A stretch of DNA of 56,652 nucleotides, counting the filler, from Jimgerdemannia flammicorona (taxonomy: Eukaryota), in assembly GCA_003990765.1 (NCBI GenBank). It is 2 parts of 2 records of this genome, joined end to end, with 100 filler letters (N's around TTAATTAATTAA, not from the genome) between each part and the next. Parts side by side here need not be neighbours in the genome. Positions count along the whole stretch, not along the records: positions 1 to 28,278 come from RBNJ01000574.1; 1 more part is not named here. The stretch is one strand, 5' to 3'. Shown here in pieces: positions 1-13,478 of the stretch (the first letter of the stretch is position 1; the number at the start of each line of letters is the position of its first letter). A program made the position numbers and the translations under genes. The notes beneath the pieces are model-generated. The model was given only the letters and a program-made list of their open reading frames with translations, searched no databases and was not told the origin of the DNA.

Positions 1-431
1 GTCCTTGATACAAGAATCAAGTCCCCTCCACACACACACATTCCCCTGAGTCTTAGTAATGACATCTAAGTGACTCTAGTGTTTCTGACTAAACTCCAGA
101 AGCCTAGCTAACTTCTGCCAGAACTGAGACCGGTATATAAATCCCCAAAGACTTAAGTAAACCCATTGAACCTGAATTCCAAGGCGAATTCAGTCTGTGC
201 ATAGCAAGGAACAAGACCCTCGAAATAGGGCACAAGAGAAAGACCTTTGAAACAGAAGGCAAACCAGAAAGACCTTTGAAGGATAAGGCACTGCCGCTAC
301 AAACTACTTTAAGCGAGCGCTTCCTCAACTGAAGGCTTCTTGGTACACATTGTGTACTAAGTCCCTAAGTAATAGTCCACTTCCCTAATTATCCTAAGGA
401 TAAGAGAGGGGTAGAAGTGAGAGCTATTACA
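1..431 (+). mobile_element. Right end of an LTR (3' or solo LTR) inserted into a LINE RT gene
   Basis: TATATAAAT near 135 and a terminal ...CTATTACA ending at 431. The minus-strand LINE RT reading (…LLESSR) breaks exactly at 432. The left end lies outside the window. Confidence 0.5.
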
Positions 432-3127
432 CCGACTACTTTCCAGCAGACTCAACATAGAGGCCCTAAATATTGGGGGAACACCAATACGGTCCAACAC
501 CTTTCCCAGCCACACCCGCCGTACATGGTCATAGGCCTTCTCCTGGTCCAGAAAGACTAACCTCCCATCTAGTCCACAGGCCTGGGCCCCTTCAATGACA
601 CCATGAACCCATGCAGTCCCATCTCTTATTAGCCTACCCTCAACAAAGCCCCTCTGCTCTTCCCCCAGCACCTGTTGGGCAACCTTCTGCAGCCTCACAA
701 CAATCACCTTAGTCACCATCTTCTTGTCCATATCCAGAAGCATGATCGGCCTCCAGTTCTTCCAGTCTTCCCTTCTTCCCTTGTCTTTGTACAGTAGGGC
801 CACCAGCCCCAGATCCTGCTCTCCAACCCACATACCACTCTGAAGGACATGGTCACAAAGATCAGCCATCTCGCCCAACACTCCGGGGACATTCACCATC
901 TTCTTTCAGAAGTCCCAAGGCAATCCATCCTCCCCTGGCACTGTCCCAAGCTTAGTTGCTGCCAGGACACCCTGGATCTCCTCTCCCTGGACTGGCAAGA
1001 TCAAGTCCCTCAGTCCATCAACCTGCGGTGGTTTCCACTCCTCTAGTATATCTGCAATCTCTGCCTCATCTGCACCCCCTTCTCCCTCACTCCACAAACC
1101 CTGCCATCTCTCCTTCAAGACCCCCAGGATTTGTTGCGTGCCGTGAACCATATCCCCATCAGCATCCAGGACCCCATCCCACCAATGACACACCCTCCTA
1201 GCTTTGAGAAGTCTTGATAAGTACCTAGTAGGCCACTCACCCTCCTCAAGCCCCTGCCACTATAGCCTAGCAGTCATGCCCCACATATGTGCCTCCTCCT
1301 CTTTCCTCAGCACCTGTTGTAGTTCTACTATCTCCAATTTCGCTCTCTCTATCCTCCAATCCTCCACCCCTACAACAGTGAGCAAGCCCACCCAATCTAT
1401 TTGTAGTCTCCTCAGCCTGCTGGAAGCACACCTTGTGTGCCTCCTTCTCTGCCTCCCAGCCTCCCTACCAGCCTCTCCCCAATAAACCCTCACTACCTCT
1501 TTCAATCTCATCCAACAGATAGCCACAGGCAAACCCTCATGCTTCCAGATACAAACTTTTGCCTGAATGTCCTCCACCCATAGTTCCCACAGCTCCTTCT
1601 CAGCCAGCAGGGAGGAGTTAAGGCGCCAATGTCCAGGTCCATCTCCACTCTCCCCAAACTGCCCCTGCCCCAACAGTTCCCAGTGATCAGACCATGGGCA
1701 CCACTCTACTTCCAATGCCTTCCAAACATCCAAACCCCAGCACTCTGCCATCAAAATCCAGTCAATCATTGTACCCAGGCCATTCACCCAATGCATGTAA
1801 ACCCTGGTGGCACCCCACCTCATTCAGCCCATATCCCCCAAGGAGCTCAGCATCTCCACCTCCTCCCATGCATCCAGACCTCCACTTCTACCCCCAGCAC
1901 CCCTCCCTCCATCAGTTCTATCCAGATGCTGATCCCAAACCATATTAAAGTCCCCACTAAGAACATTGACCCCTTCCTCCAAGAGAATACCCTCCTTCAG
2001 CAATCCCCTAATCTATGCAGTCCTCTCACCCCTAGCCACAGGGCAGTAGCAAGAGCCCACCTTTACCGATTCCCACCCTGGCTGATGCCAATCTCCCTAG
2101 ACCAAGTGATTGCTCCAGCTCCTGATACCCCCCAAGTCTCCTCTGCCCTTCCTCACTAGAATTGCTACCTTTCCAAACCAAGCAGCAGCCCCCCCCCCAC
2201 TCCCTAGTCCACTCTGCCCGATTGTCCTTATCCTCACATCGAACATCCTGCAATAAATAGAGATCAGCCTCCAATCCCTTGAGCCAAGTAAAAATGTTTC
2301 TACGCCACCCAGAGCCCCTTAGCCCATTCACATTCAAGGAAAAAATGTTGGTTGTACTGTTCATAAAGAATAATGATATATGTCAGGGCCCATCCTCTAT
2401 AAGTTGGCATCCTGCCTCTCCTGCACCAAGTCCAAGTTAAGTTCAGCAGCCAGTTTCCTCTCCCCAGCTTCCCGTGCCTCCAACTCTCCCAGAAGTTCTA
2501 CCATTGCCCCATCCTCACACTCCTCAAAATCCTTGCAATACTCCAGACAGGCCTCCTGCCAGAGCTGCAGACCATGACGCTCTGCCCAACAGTAATCTGC
2601 CCACTCACCAGCGACCACCCCCAGCTCTGCCTTCCTCACCTCGTCAACCACATATCCCTTCTCCTCCAGCAAAATCACCAGAATCTCCACCTTCAGTGCC
2701 TCCACCATTCCATCCTCATGCAGGATCCTTGCCCAATGCTCCTCAGGCATCGCCCACAGGTCCACCTCCCCCAATGCTTCTGCTGCGAGGTTATCCATCA
2801 CCTTGCATACCCACAACAAGTTCTCCACCTCCTTCCCTCCCGGAGTCCCCAGTCGCCCTGCATCCAACATTGTGGTGTCAGCTCCTACACTAGCAGCCTC
2901 ATCCTACTCCTCCTCAGAGACATCCACCAGCTCATCCTCGCCAACTGCCACCACCTGACCCCCTTGAGCCATATCAGGGACCCCAAAGCATACCTGCTGG
3001 GCCCCCTGTATCCGTATATCCTCTGTCCTCTCTTGCTTCCCCACTGGGCCCCTCCTGATAAGTGGGGGGGGGGGTGGCATCCAACTCCAGCTCTCACACT
3101 TCAAAGATACCATCAGCAAACAGGTTA
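432..3127 (-). mobile_element. Decayed L1/Tx1-like LINE fragment (3' part of ORF1, APE endonuclease, 5' part of RT), truncated at both ends by other insertions
   Basis: ORF2 start MNSTTNIFSLNVNGLR at 2364. Endonuclease motifs LQD and WCPWSDH. RT motifs PGEDG, WRPIMLL, EEQRGF and LDQEKAYD (357-1193). ORF1 C-terminus at 2397-2870 is homologous to the other LINEs here. Many stops. Confidence 0.9.
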
Positions 3128-3299
3128 AGGACTTCTTTTGCTCGAACCATTTGGAGAGAGCTAAGCCACACAGACATCTTTCAGTGAAAGACAACACGTT
3201 TTTAAGTTTTTATTTCGAACATACTAGTGTACATTGTGTGGCAGGAGTCTACCTACACGGCACAATAAGTTTCAAGGAAAACCATCAAGTTTTGGTGAC

Positions 3300-5167
3300 A
3301 TGGCTAGTCAAGATTCTTCTAGCTCTGAGTATCTAGAGAGGAGGAGGCCTGGTCTGGGCATTCCCAAGAGTTTTGCAGCTGCTGCAGAGGCTGGAGTGGA
3401 TGCAGGAGGGGCTGGGGGACAGGGGAGGACTGGTGGGATCAAGACCTGGCAAACAGTGGTAGGGAATAGAAGGGCTGCCACTAGGCCCATGGGGGTGAGA
3501 CAGGGGGGGCGTAGTGTTGACAGGGAGAGGGGTCAGGTGACAAGTCAGGTGATAGGTCAGGTGGCTGGCAGGGGACAGGGGTCTGGTGGTGTGACACGGG
3601 GGACTGGTTCTTCTGTGGCTGGGCAGGTGGCTAGGGAAAGGACTGCTGGTGGTGCAGCTATACCTGGAGGGATGACCATGGGTGTGTCAGGGGCTAAGGG
3701 AAAGGTGACTCTGGTGGCTGGGACTGGTGAGCTGATAGTGAGGCCTTTCTTCCATAAATCAGTGTTGACGTGGGCAATCTCAGCGAACTTCCTGGGATTG
3801 GCGATGTCAGTGAGGGAGGTTCTGAGGATGGTGGGGGAGGAAGTGGCTGGGGCGGAGTCTCTGAAGTTCATCCCTTCGGCAGAGGCGGTGGAGATTGGCT
3901 TTGTGGAGGAGGATGCAATGGTGAAGGCATTGGAGAAAGGGATGACCATCAAGGATATTAAGATTGGGATGGCGAGGTGTCTGAGGTGGGATCCACGTGT
4001 GGTTTGGCTGGTGGTGGAAGGATTGCTAACTCTGGGCAGACAGGAGACCAAGGAGATAGTGGTTGAGGCATTGGGTGGATATGGCAAGATGGTGGACTTC
4101 GGGTTCATGTTCTGGGAGGGTACCAAGTTAAGGAACAGCAACTGCGAGGTGATGCTGCAGCTGGAAGACAAAGAGGCAACAGGACTGGGCTATGATTGGC
4201 CTGAAGGGATCCAGATTGGAGAGCAAGAGTGCAAGGTCTGGAGGAGGAAGGGAGCAGAACAGGAGGAGGAAGAGTTGGTAATTGCTCTGGAGGAGCGGGA
4301 GGCTGCCAAGGAACTATGGAAGAGGAAGTGGGAGGAGTATGCCAAGGATTGGGTCTGGATTCAAGTGGATGGCAAGCGGAAGAGGTCGAGGAAAGGGAAT
4401 TGGGAGCGTCTACAGGCAGCCCTCCAAGGGGCGGCAGTGGAAGAGGAGGAGAGAGCAGAGACCGCCAAGAATCAGATGGAAGGAGTGGAGGCAGCAGAGG
4501 TTTCCCTCTCCCAGCTGGGTGGTGTGGAGGACTCAGCATATGTGCTGGTGAGAGGCAAGTGGGCAGATAAGGAGGAGGTTGGTGAGGGAGGCTTTGAGGT
4601 GGATGATGAAGTGGTGCCGGAGACTCAGGTGGAGGACACCCATATGGCCAGAGCAGCGAATGTCCATTGGGAGTGCCCAGAAGCAGGTGAAGTAATTCAT
4701 TTGGAGAAAGTTGTAGAGGAGGATGAGCTGGTGAATGTGGCTTCTGATGTGTCGGCTGATAGGGAGCAACTGCAAGAGCTGAGCAGGACCCCAGGCCCTC
4801 GACCCCTGGGCCCCTGGTGATGACAGCAGAGAGCTGGTACCAGGCAGTGCTTGAGGAGCTGGTGGAGGAAGACATCAAGGAAGTGGACGTGTTTCATGGA
4901 TCTCAGGAGGCATGGGAAGGATTTCTCAATGTAGCCATGCAAGGACCTAAGCTGGTGATGGTGATGGTGGCTGCCCTTCTGGATGATGAAGGATATGATG
5001 TGGATGAGAGCAGAATGGCCGACATCAGGAAGGTGGCGACTGAAAGAGTGGACCTTTTCTGCGGCAGTGCGAATGGTGACCGAATCTGGAGGGCAATTTG
5101 CGAGGACCAGCGAGAGATTGTCCGGGGAAGAGCTGAGAAGGTGGTGGTGGTTCCAGCTGAGCTTTAA
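3300..5167 (+). pseudogene. LINE copy A ORF1 (Gly-rich N-terminus, acidic/coiled-coil C-terminus), frameshift near 4800
   Basis: ATG at 3300 (MASQDSSSSE…). ORFs 3234-4820 and 4817-5167 join into one frame by comparison with copy B, which reads through LGPMVMMADDW. Confidence 0.85.
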
Positions 5168-5182
5168 ACAAATTCCTTTATA

Positions 5183-7813
5183 ATGAAGAACAATCTAAGT
5201 ATTTTGTCAATTAATGTTAATGAATTGCGGGACGGTGTTAAACAACGGTGGCTGTTCAGATGGCTTAAAGTCAGGAGGTATGATGTGGTGTTTCTTCAGG
5301 ATATTTGGGCTTATGGCGAGTCAGATTACGAGATATGGAGTAAAGAATGGTATGGTGGAGCTGGCTGGAATAAGCAGGTGGGCATTTTGGTTGGTGTGGG
5401 CAAAGGTGAGCTGGTGGAGGTTGAGATCTATGGAGACAGACTGATTTGGGGAAGGATTACAGGAGGGGCAGGTAATGGGTTGACGGTTGGCTCGGTTTAC
5501 CTCCCTGTGGTTAGCAGAGAGCGAAAGCAATGGGTTGAAAGATGGCAGGCATGGGATGGGCAGGAGGAGGTTGCTTTGGACATTTTGGAGGGGGACTTCA
5601 ATATGGTGCATGATCAAACACTAGATAGGTCTGATGGTGGGGCAGGAGTCGCGGTTTCCTCTGAACTTTCACAATGGCTTCAGATGGAGCACGACATGGG
5701 CTTGGTAGATGGTGTTTGTCAATGTCAGGGGGACAAGCTAGGACCTTTCACTCAGTGGCACCCAGTTGGAACAGCATTGGTTAGGACATGAATTGATTGA
5801 GTGCTAGTGGCAGAGTGCTGGGGCAATGTACTGGATACTGCCGAGGTATGCTGGTGTCCATGGTCTGATCATTGGGGTGTGGAGGTTTGCAGTAGATTTC
5901 AAGCAGCGGGCTGTGGTGGAGGGCGCTGGTGCCTCAATGTGGCCCTACTCAAGAGGAAGACAGAGAGGGATAATTTTGTGGCAGTGGTGAGACAAGAAGT
6001 TGTGCGATGGCATAATGAAGGACAGTTGATAGCAGAATGGTGGGGTAAATTCAAACATCTGGCTGGGGCTTACTGGCGGGATGTTGGAGAAGTGGCGGGG
6101 AAGGAACAGAAGGACAAGGAGAGAAGAGTAGAGAAGGGGCTGCGATGGTGGTTGAACCTTTTGGAAATGGGGGACCTGTCTAGAGAGGTGTGCCACCAAT
6201 TGGCATTAGAGGTGGCAGAGCTACAGGTGGATTTAAGGGTGTCTGAGACCAGGGTGGTAGATGGCCTGCTGGCCAGGCTGCGGTCCAGGTGGCTAGAGGA
6301 AGGAGAGAGGCCAACAAGATATCTATCTGGAGTTTTGAAGGCTAGGAGGGTGCGACACAGTTGGGCCTCAGTCTTGCAAGAAGATGGAGTGGAGGTCTCA
6401 GGGATTGCGGACATGTTAGGGGAGGTGTCTGGTCAATGGCAAGCTCTTTGGCAGGATGGCGGGGAGTATGCTGAGGATACAGGGTTTGGAGAGGATGATG
6501 ACAATATGGTGACCAATTGGCTAGTGACTGCGATACCTGGAATAGGAGAGGCAGTTATAGGAGATATATCTCTAGATGAAGTATTGGAAGCGCTGAGGAA
6601 GACACAGACTGGTTCATCTCTGGGGGAGGATGGGCTGCCCTGGGAATTCTGGAAGGAGTTTAAGTCAGAGTTTGGTAACTGGTTGGTGGAGATGGCCAAT
6701 GCAGTTCTGAAGGAGGGCAGCTGGATTGGAAACAGTTCCTTGGGGCTAGTCTCTCTTCTATATAAGGAAAAGGGTGATTGATAGGTGTGGCGTAACTGGC
6801 AACCTATCATGCTGCTGAATGTAGATAGAAAGTTAGTTTCGAAGATTCTGGCAGAGAGGATGCAGCAGTATATTGGCATGCTAGTTGGAGAAGAGCAGCG
6901 AGGCTTTGTCAAGGAGAGGCAGATTAGAGATAGTACTGCTTGGGTGCAGAATGTCTTAGAAGGCTGTAGGAGCCAGCAGGTAGATGGCCAGATGGTCTTT
7001 CTGGATCAAGAGAAGGCCTATGACAGAGTGCGGTGGAGTTATTTGGAGGCGGTTCTGAGGAGGGTAGGGTTTGGTGCAGTAGAGGCAGGGCAACTAATGG
7101 GACTGGTAAGGGGATGCCGAGCAGTGGTAATGATGAATGGATGGTGTGGACCAGAGTTTGCCTTGGGGCAATCTCTCCTCTTCTTTATGTACTTTCTCTG
7201 GAGCCTCTGCTGGTATGGCTGAAGGGGCAGCTCTCTGGTCTGCAGATGGGAGATGTGGTCTGGCGGCTGGGTGCCTTTGCAGATGACATAGTAGTAGGGT
7301 TGGGCAGCTGGGAGGATGCCGAAATCCTACAAGAAGGGGTCGGACAGTATGAGAGGCTGGCAGGAGCAAAGTTGAACTGGGACAAGTGTGAGACTATGGA
7401 ACTTGGTGCTGGCCTGGGGGGATATGGACAATTTGGACAATTGGTAGCTACAGGGAGTACTGTTCATTATTTGAGTATCTGGTTTTCAGTGTATGGGACG
7501 ATTCTGCCAAGGGAGTAGTGGTGTGGATTGGTTCAGAAGCTGGAAGGTGTGCTGACAGGATGGTCAGGAAGGAGCTTCTCATTGGTTGGCAGGATTGTGG
7601 TCTTGAATGTGTATTGGCTTCCCAAGCTGTGGTATCTGAGTTATCATCTAGATTTTCCAGGGTGGGTGGTGCAGTGGCTGAAGAAGATTGTAGAAGGGTG
7701 GTTATGGCGGGGGAGGTGCCCGCAGATCGGATGGGAGACTTTGGTGATGAGGGTTTCTGATGGAGGCCTGGGGCTGGTGGATTTCAAGCAGCGACTGAAG
7801 GTACTTTGGGGCT
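5183..7813 (+). pseudogene. LINE copy A ORF2 (APE endonuclease + reverse transcriptase), disrupted and 3'-truncated
   Basis: Motifs SINVN, FLQD, GDFN, WSDH, GEDG, WQPIMLLN, LDQEKAYD and AFADD spread over several ORF pieces separated by stops and a deletion. Confidence 0.9.
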
Positions 7814-7985
7814 AGGACTCCTTTTGCTCGAACCATTCAGAGCAAGCTAAGCCACACAGACATCTTTTTGTGACAAGCAACACGTTTTCAAGTTTTCCCA
7901 TCATCTATTCTGGTGTACAAGGTGCGGCAGGAGTCTAGCTACAGCATACAACAAGTCTTGTCTATTTTGGTGGAGTTTTCGTCAG

Positions 7986-9830
7986 ATGGCGACCCAGGGT
8001 TCATCAAGCTCTGAGTGTTTGGAGAGAAGGAGGCCTGGTCTGGGTCTCCCCAAGAGTTTTGTGGTGACAGTTGGAGCAGGTGTAGGGGCAGGAGGAGTAG
8101 GTGGTCAGGGGAGGCAGGCTGGCATTGTGAGTTGGCACACAGTGATGGGGGGCAGGAGGGTGGCTACTAGGCCCATGGGGGTAGGGCAGGGGGGGCGTAG
8201 TGTTGACAGGGGTAGGAGTCAGGTGACTGGCCAGGTGATGGGTCAGGTGACTGGTCAGGAGCCTGCTAGGGGCCAGGGGTCTGGAAGTGGTGTGGCTGGA
8301 ACTGGTATTCCTGGGGCTGGGCCGGTGGCTGGGGTGACTGCTGGAGTATCGGAGAACAAGAAGAAGGCGACGATGGCAGCTGGATCTGGTGAACTGGTGG
8401 TGCATCCCTTCTTCCACAAATCGGTATCAACGTGGGCTATATCAGCGAATTTTTTGGAGCTGGGGATGTCTGCAAGGGAGGTCTTGTGGCTAGTTGGAGA
8501 GGAGATCACAGGGGCAGAGTCACTGAAGTTCATCCCATCAGCTGAGGCAGTTGAGATAGGATTCATCAAGGAGGAGGAGATGGTGAAGGCCTTGAAGAAA
8601 GGGCTGGTCATCAAGAGCATCAAGGTTGGCATGGCGAGGTGCCTGAGGTGAGACCCATGGGCAGTGCGACTGGTGATTGAAGGGCTGTCGACATTGGGGA
8701 GACAGGAGACCAAAGGAATGGTGGCAGAGGCACTGGGGGTGTTTGGTGAGATGGTTGACTTCGGGTTCATGTTTTGGGAGGGGACCAAGTTGAGGAATGG
8801 CAACTGCAAGGTGATGGTGAGGCTGGAAGGCAAGGAGGCCATGGGGCAAGAGAGGGACTGGCCAGAAGTAGTTCGCATTGGAGGGCAGGAGTGCAAAGTG
8901 TGGAGAAGGAAGGGCTCGGAACAGGAGGAGGAGGAATTGCTAGTCACCCTAGAGGAGAGAGAGGCTGCGAAGGAATTGCAGAAGAGGAAATGGGAGGAGT
9001 TTGCCAAGGATTGGATCTGGATTCCAACTGATGGGAAGAGGAAGAGGTGGCGTAGGGCAAACTGGGAGCGTCTGCAGACAGTCCTCCAGGGCTCGAAAAG
9101 GGAGGAGGAGGAAAAAGCAGAGATGGCCAAAAGTCAAATGGAAGAGGTGGAGATGGCTGAGGTGTCCTTTTCACAACTAGGGGGTGTGGAGGATTCTACT
9201 CATGCACCAGTGACAGGGAAGTGGGCAGATAAGGAGGAGGCAACTACTGGGGGCTTTGAGGAGGTTGTCAAGGTGGTACCAGAGACCCAGTTGGAGGATG
9301 TTCATATGGCAGGAGCGGCGAATGTGCATTGGGAATGCCCAGAGGCAGGCGAAGTGGTTCGGCTGGAGAATGGCACTGAGGAGGACGATCTGGTGGATGT
9401 GGCTTCTGATGTATCAGCAGATAGAGAGATGCTGCAGGAGCTGAGTAGGACTCCAAGGCCTGCCACCCTGGGGCCCATGGTGATGATGGCAGATGACTGG
9501 TATCAGGCAGTGCTCGAGGAACTCGCGGAGGAGAATATCAAGGAAGTGGATGTGTTTAATGGATCACAGGAGGCCTGGGAAGAGTTTCTCAACGTGGCAT
9601 TGCAGGGGCCAAAGTTGGTGACAGCAATGGTGGTGGTGCTTCTGGATGATGAAGGATATGAGGTTGATGAGGACCATATGGCTGAAATCAGGAAGGTGGC
9701 ATCAGAGCAACTGGTGGCCTTTTGCAATGGGGTGAATGGAGCATGCATCTGGAGGGGTATCTGTGAGGAATAGAAGGCTATTATTTGCGGTAGGGCTGAG
9801 AAGATGGCAGCGAATCTGGTGGAAATTTAA
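7986..9830 (+). pseudogene. LINE copy B ORF1 with in-frame stops at 8649 and 9771
   Basis: Colinear with copy A ORF1 (HPFFHKSVSTWAISANFL, DFGFMFWEGTKLRN). Confidence 0.85.
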
Positions 9831-9842
9831 ACATTTACATTC

Positions 9843-12800
9843 ATGATGATGAACAGTCTATGTATATTATCACTAAATGTCAATGGTTTGTGTGACGGAG
9901 TGAAGCGAAGGCATTTGTTTCAGTGGCTGAAGAACAGGAGGTATGACTTGATATTTCTGCAGGACGTTCGGGCCTATGGGAAGCAAGATTATGAGGAGTA
10001 GAGCAAGGAATGGTATGGTAGCACAGAGTGGAATGGGCAGGTGGGCATTCTGGTTGGCTTGGGGAGAGGAGAGCTGAAGGAGGTTAAGAGGTATGGTGAT
10101 CGATTGGTCTGGGGGAGACTGAAAGGAGGAGCAGGCGATGGGCTTGTAGTTGGCTCAGCATATCTGCCAGCAGTTGGCAGAGAGTGAAACCAATGGGTGG
10201 AAGGTTGGCTGGATTGGGAAGGCCGAGAGGAGATTGGGCTGGACATTTTGGGAGGGGACTTTAACATGGTTCATGACAGGACATTAGATAGGTCTGATGG
10301 TGGGGTCGGCATAGTGGTATCTATAGGGCTCTCATAGTGGCTCGAAGTTGAAAAGGAAATGGGATTGGTTGATGGAGTGCGACAATGTCAATGTGAGAAG
10401 TCAGGGCCATTTACTAGGTGGCATCTGGTTGGTGAGAATTTGATTGATATAAGGATTGACTGGATTCTGGTGGCAGAATGCTGGGGTAATGTTTTGGATT
10501 TAACTGAGGTACGGTGGTGTCCCTGGTCAGATCACTGGGGTGTCAAGGTGTATGGGAGATTCCAGGCAGCCAGTGGTGGTGGAGGCAGATGGTGACTTAA
10601 TGTGGCACTACTCAAGAGACAGGTGGAGTGGGACCAGTTTGTTAAAATTGCAAGACAGGAAGTGGCACAGTGGAAGAATAGTGGCCAGTCGATAGCACAG
10701 TGGTGGGGGAAATTTAAACATCTGGCAGGTGCATACTGGCATGATGTAGGAGAGGTAGCGGGTAGGGAGCAGAAGGATAAAGAGAGGAGAGTAGAGCAGG
10801 GGCTGCACTGGTGGTTGAGACTTTTAGAGGGAGAGAAACTCTCAGAGGAACAGTGCTCTCTGTTGATCAAGGAGGTGGCAGAGTTGTGGTCAGATTTGAA
10901 GGCTACAGAAGATAGGGTGGTGGATGGGTTGCTGGCAAGATTGCGAGCCAAGCGGTTGGAAGAAGGAGAGTGACCCACCAAATACTTGTCTGGCATCTTG
11001 AAGGCCAGAAGGGTGAGGCACAGCTGGGCTTCCATGTTGTGGGAGGATGGCACTGAGGTGACAGATATCACAGACATGCTTGGGGAGATTTCTGGTCGAT
11101 GGTGCACCCTATGGCAGGATGATGGAGGGATGGTGGAGGGAGAGGCAGCACTGGAGGACAATAACAATTTGGTCGGCAGCTGGCCAGTAGTGGCAGAGCC
11201 AGCAATTGGTGGGGCAGTAATGGGTAGGGTGTCCCTTGAAGAAGTGTTAGAGGTTCTGAGGAAAGCGCAGACTGGTTCATCACCAGGAGAGGATGGACTG
11301 CCTTGGGAGTTCTGGAAGGAGTTTCAAACTGAGCTTGGGGAATGGCTTGTGGAAATGGCAAACTTTACACTAGGGGAAGGCTGCTGGATTGGCAATGGCT
11401 CCTTAGGGCTAGTCTCTCTGCTCTATAAGGAGAAAGGGGACAGACATGTGTGGTGGAACTGGAGACCCATCAAGTTACTGAATGTGGATAGGAAGCTGGT
11501 CTCCAAGATTCTGGCAGGGAGAATGCAACAATGGATTGGCCAATTGGTGGGCGAGGAACAGCAAGGGTTTGTGAAGGGGAGGCAGATTAGAGACAGTACA
11601 GCATGGGTGCAGAATGTTTTGGAAGGTTGTCGAAGCCGGCAAGTAGATGGAAGGATGGTGTTTTTGGACCAGGAGAAGGCTTATGACAGGGTGTGGTGGA
11701 ACTACTTGGAGGCAGTTCTACGGAAGGCCGGGTTTGATATGGGGGAGGCTCGAAAGCTGATGGGTCTGGTGTGAGGTTGCCAGGCTGCAGTGTTGATGAA
11801 TGGGTGGAGTGGCCCGGAGTTACCCTTAGGGCGAGGTGTGCCACAGGGAGATCCTCTCTCTCCCCTGCTTTATATTTTATCTTTGGAGCCCTTGTTGACA
11901 TGGTTGAAGGGGAGGCTTACCAGATTGAAAATGGGGGATGTGGTCTGGAAGATGGGGGCCTTTGCAGATGATATGGTAGTAGGGTTAGGCAGTGTGGAAG
12001 ATGTGGCGAGCTTACAGGAAGGGGTAGGACAGTATGAGATGCTGGCAGGAGCGAAGCTGAACTGGGGCAAGTGTGAGACTATGGAGCTTGGAGCTGGATT
12101 GGGGGAGCATGGACATTTTGGACAATTGGTTAGACCTGGAGAAGTAGTTCGATATCTGGGCATCTGGTTCTCAGTTTATGGGATGGTGCTGCCAAAAGAG
12201 TGGTGGTGTGGAATGATACAGAAGTGGGAGAATGCCTTGGTGGGCTGGTCTGGGAGGGGCTTCTCCTTGGTTGGGAGGATTGTAGTTTTGAATGTATATT
12301 GGTTACTAAAGCTGTGGTACTTGGGGTACCACCTGGACTTTCCAGGAAGGGTGGTTCAAAAGCTGAAGAAGGTGGTCGAAGGATGGTTGTGGCAGAGAAG
12401 AAGATCGCAGATTAGCTGGGAAATAATGGTGATGGCAAAGGCAGATGGAGGTCTGGGGTTGGTGGACTTCAGAAGGCGGCTAAAGGTACTTTGAGGCTGG
12501 TGGAGTTGTCGAATGGCAGAATTAGGAGGGGAGGGTTGGAGCAAACTGGCTATAGACAACTGGGAAGTTTGGTTCTGCCCCCGGAGTGAGGTTCGGAAGG
12601 ACATGCGAGGTTTGCTCCAGGTTGGAAGGGTAAGCAGGCTACATTATAGGGGATTTTGGTGGGGTATTGTAGAAGCTTGGCTGGCAATGGGTCTCATGGG
12701 CCCAGAACCTGGCGAAGAAGAGGAGGACCCAGATCGACGATGGTGGCAATTTGGGGTGATTTGTATTGGCGGCCGCCCATTGGTGGAATACTCTTTGTCT

Positions 12801-13478
12801 GGGGCGATGGAGTGGATCTGGACAGGTCTGCTTGAGAGGTGGCCGGTTGGTTGGCAGAAGGCTGGGTTTGGAGAAGAATGGGAGTGGGGTCAGGTTTGGG
12901 GCTGGGGGACCTCGCTACTCAAGATTGCCCCACCCAAGTTCTGGGTGATATGGTGGCGATTTCTGTGGAGGAACATCATGCTGGGGTACAGGATGGGGTG
13001 GATGGTAGAAGAAGGTGTAAGGGAATGTGAGTGGTGTTGTGAGCTGGATGGGGGAGTAGTGCAGACTCCAGAGCATGTTCTGACAGCCTGTCCAGGAGTT
13101 GAAGGATTTTGGCAGACATTGGAAGGTTATTGGGGGGAGGAGAGTGAGCAGGCAGGGGGCCCCACTTGTCGGGTGATCAAGCGTCGCCTGGTGGGAGAAA
13201 TTGGGGACATCTGGGGAGGCCTAGGTCAGATTATCGGCATCTGGGTACTGATGGTGGTACACTGGTAATGGGTGTTCGAGAGGGATCCCTGGATGGGAAT
13301 TGGAGAATTGGTGGAGCAGTGGAAGGGGTTACTCTTGGAAGTGGTACAAGGGTGGTGGTATCAGGGAAAGAGGCACCAGTTGGGGGCCATGAAGAAGGTG
13401 TTAGACATTGTTCAGAGAAGTCGGGAACACCTTGTACTTGGTGAGAAGGGGGTGAGGTGGAAAGAAGGAGTGGGCTGA
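9843..13478 (+). pseudogene. LINE copy B ORF2 (APE-RT-zinc finger) with many premature stops
   Basis: Starts at ATG 9843 (…SLNVNG). ORF pieces 10359-13478 all lie in one frame and carry endonuclease, RT and zinc-finger motifs. Confidence 0.9.

Larger units (their letters stand above)
3128..7813 (+). mobile_element. L1/Tx1-like LINE copy A (5' end intact, 3' end lost where copy B begins)
   Basis: 5' UTR AGGACTTCTTTTGCTCGAACCATT is shared with copy B at 7814. ORF1 is followed by an APE-RT ORF2 that ends abruptly after LKVLWG. Confidence 0.92.

Noticed and set aside
849..13444. Many Pro/Ser/His-rich ORFs antisense or out of frame to the LINEs
   Set aside because: Shadow ORFs caused by the G-rich LINE sense strand; no independent motifs.
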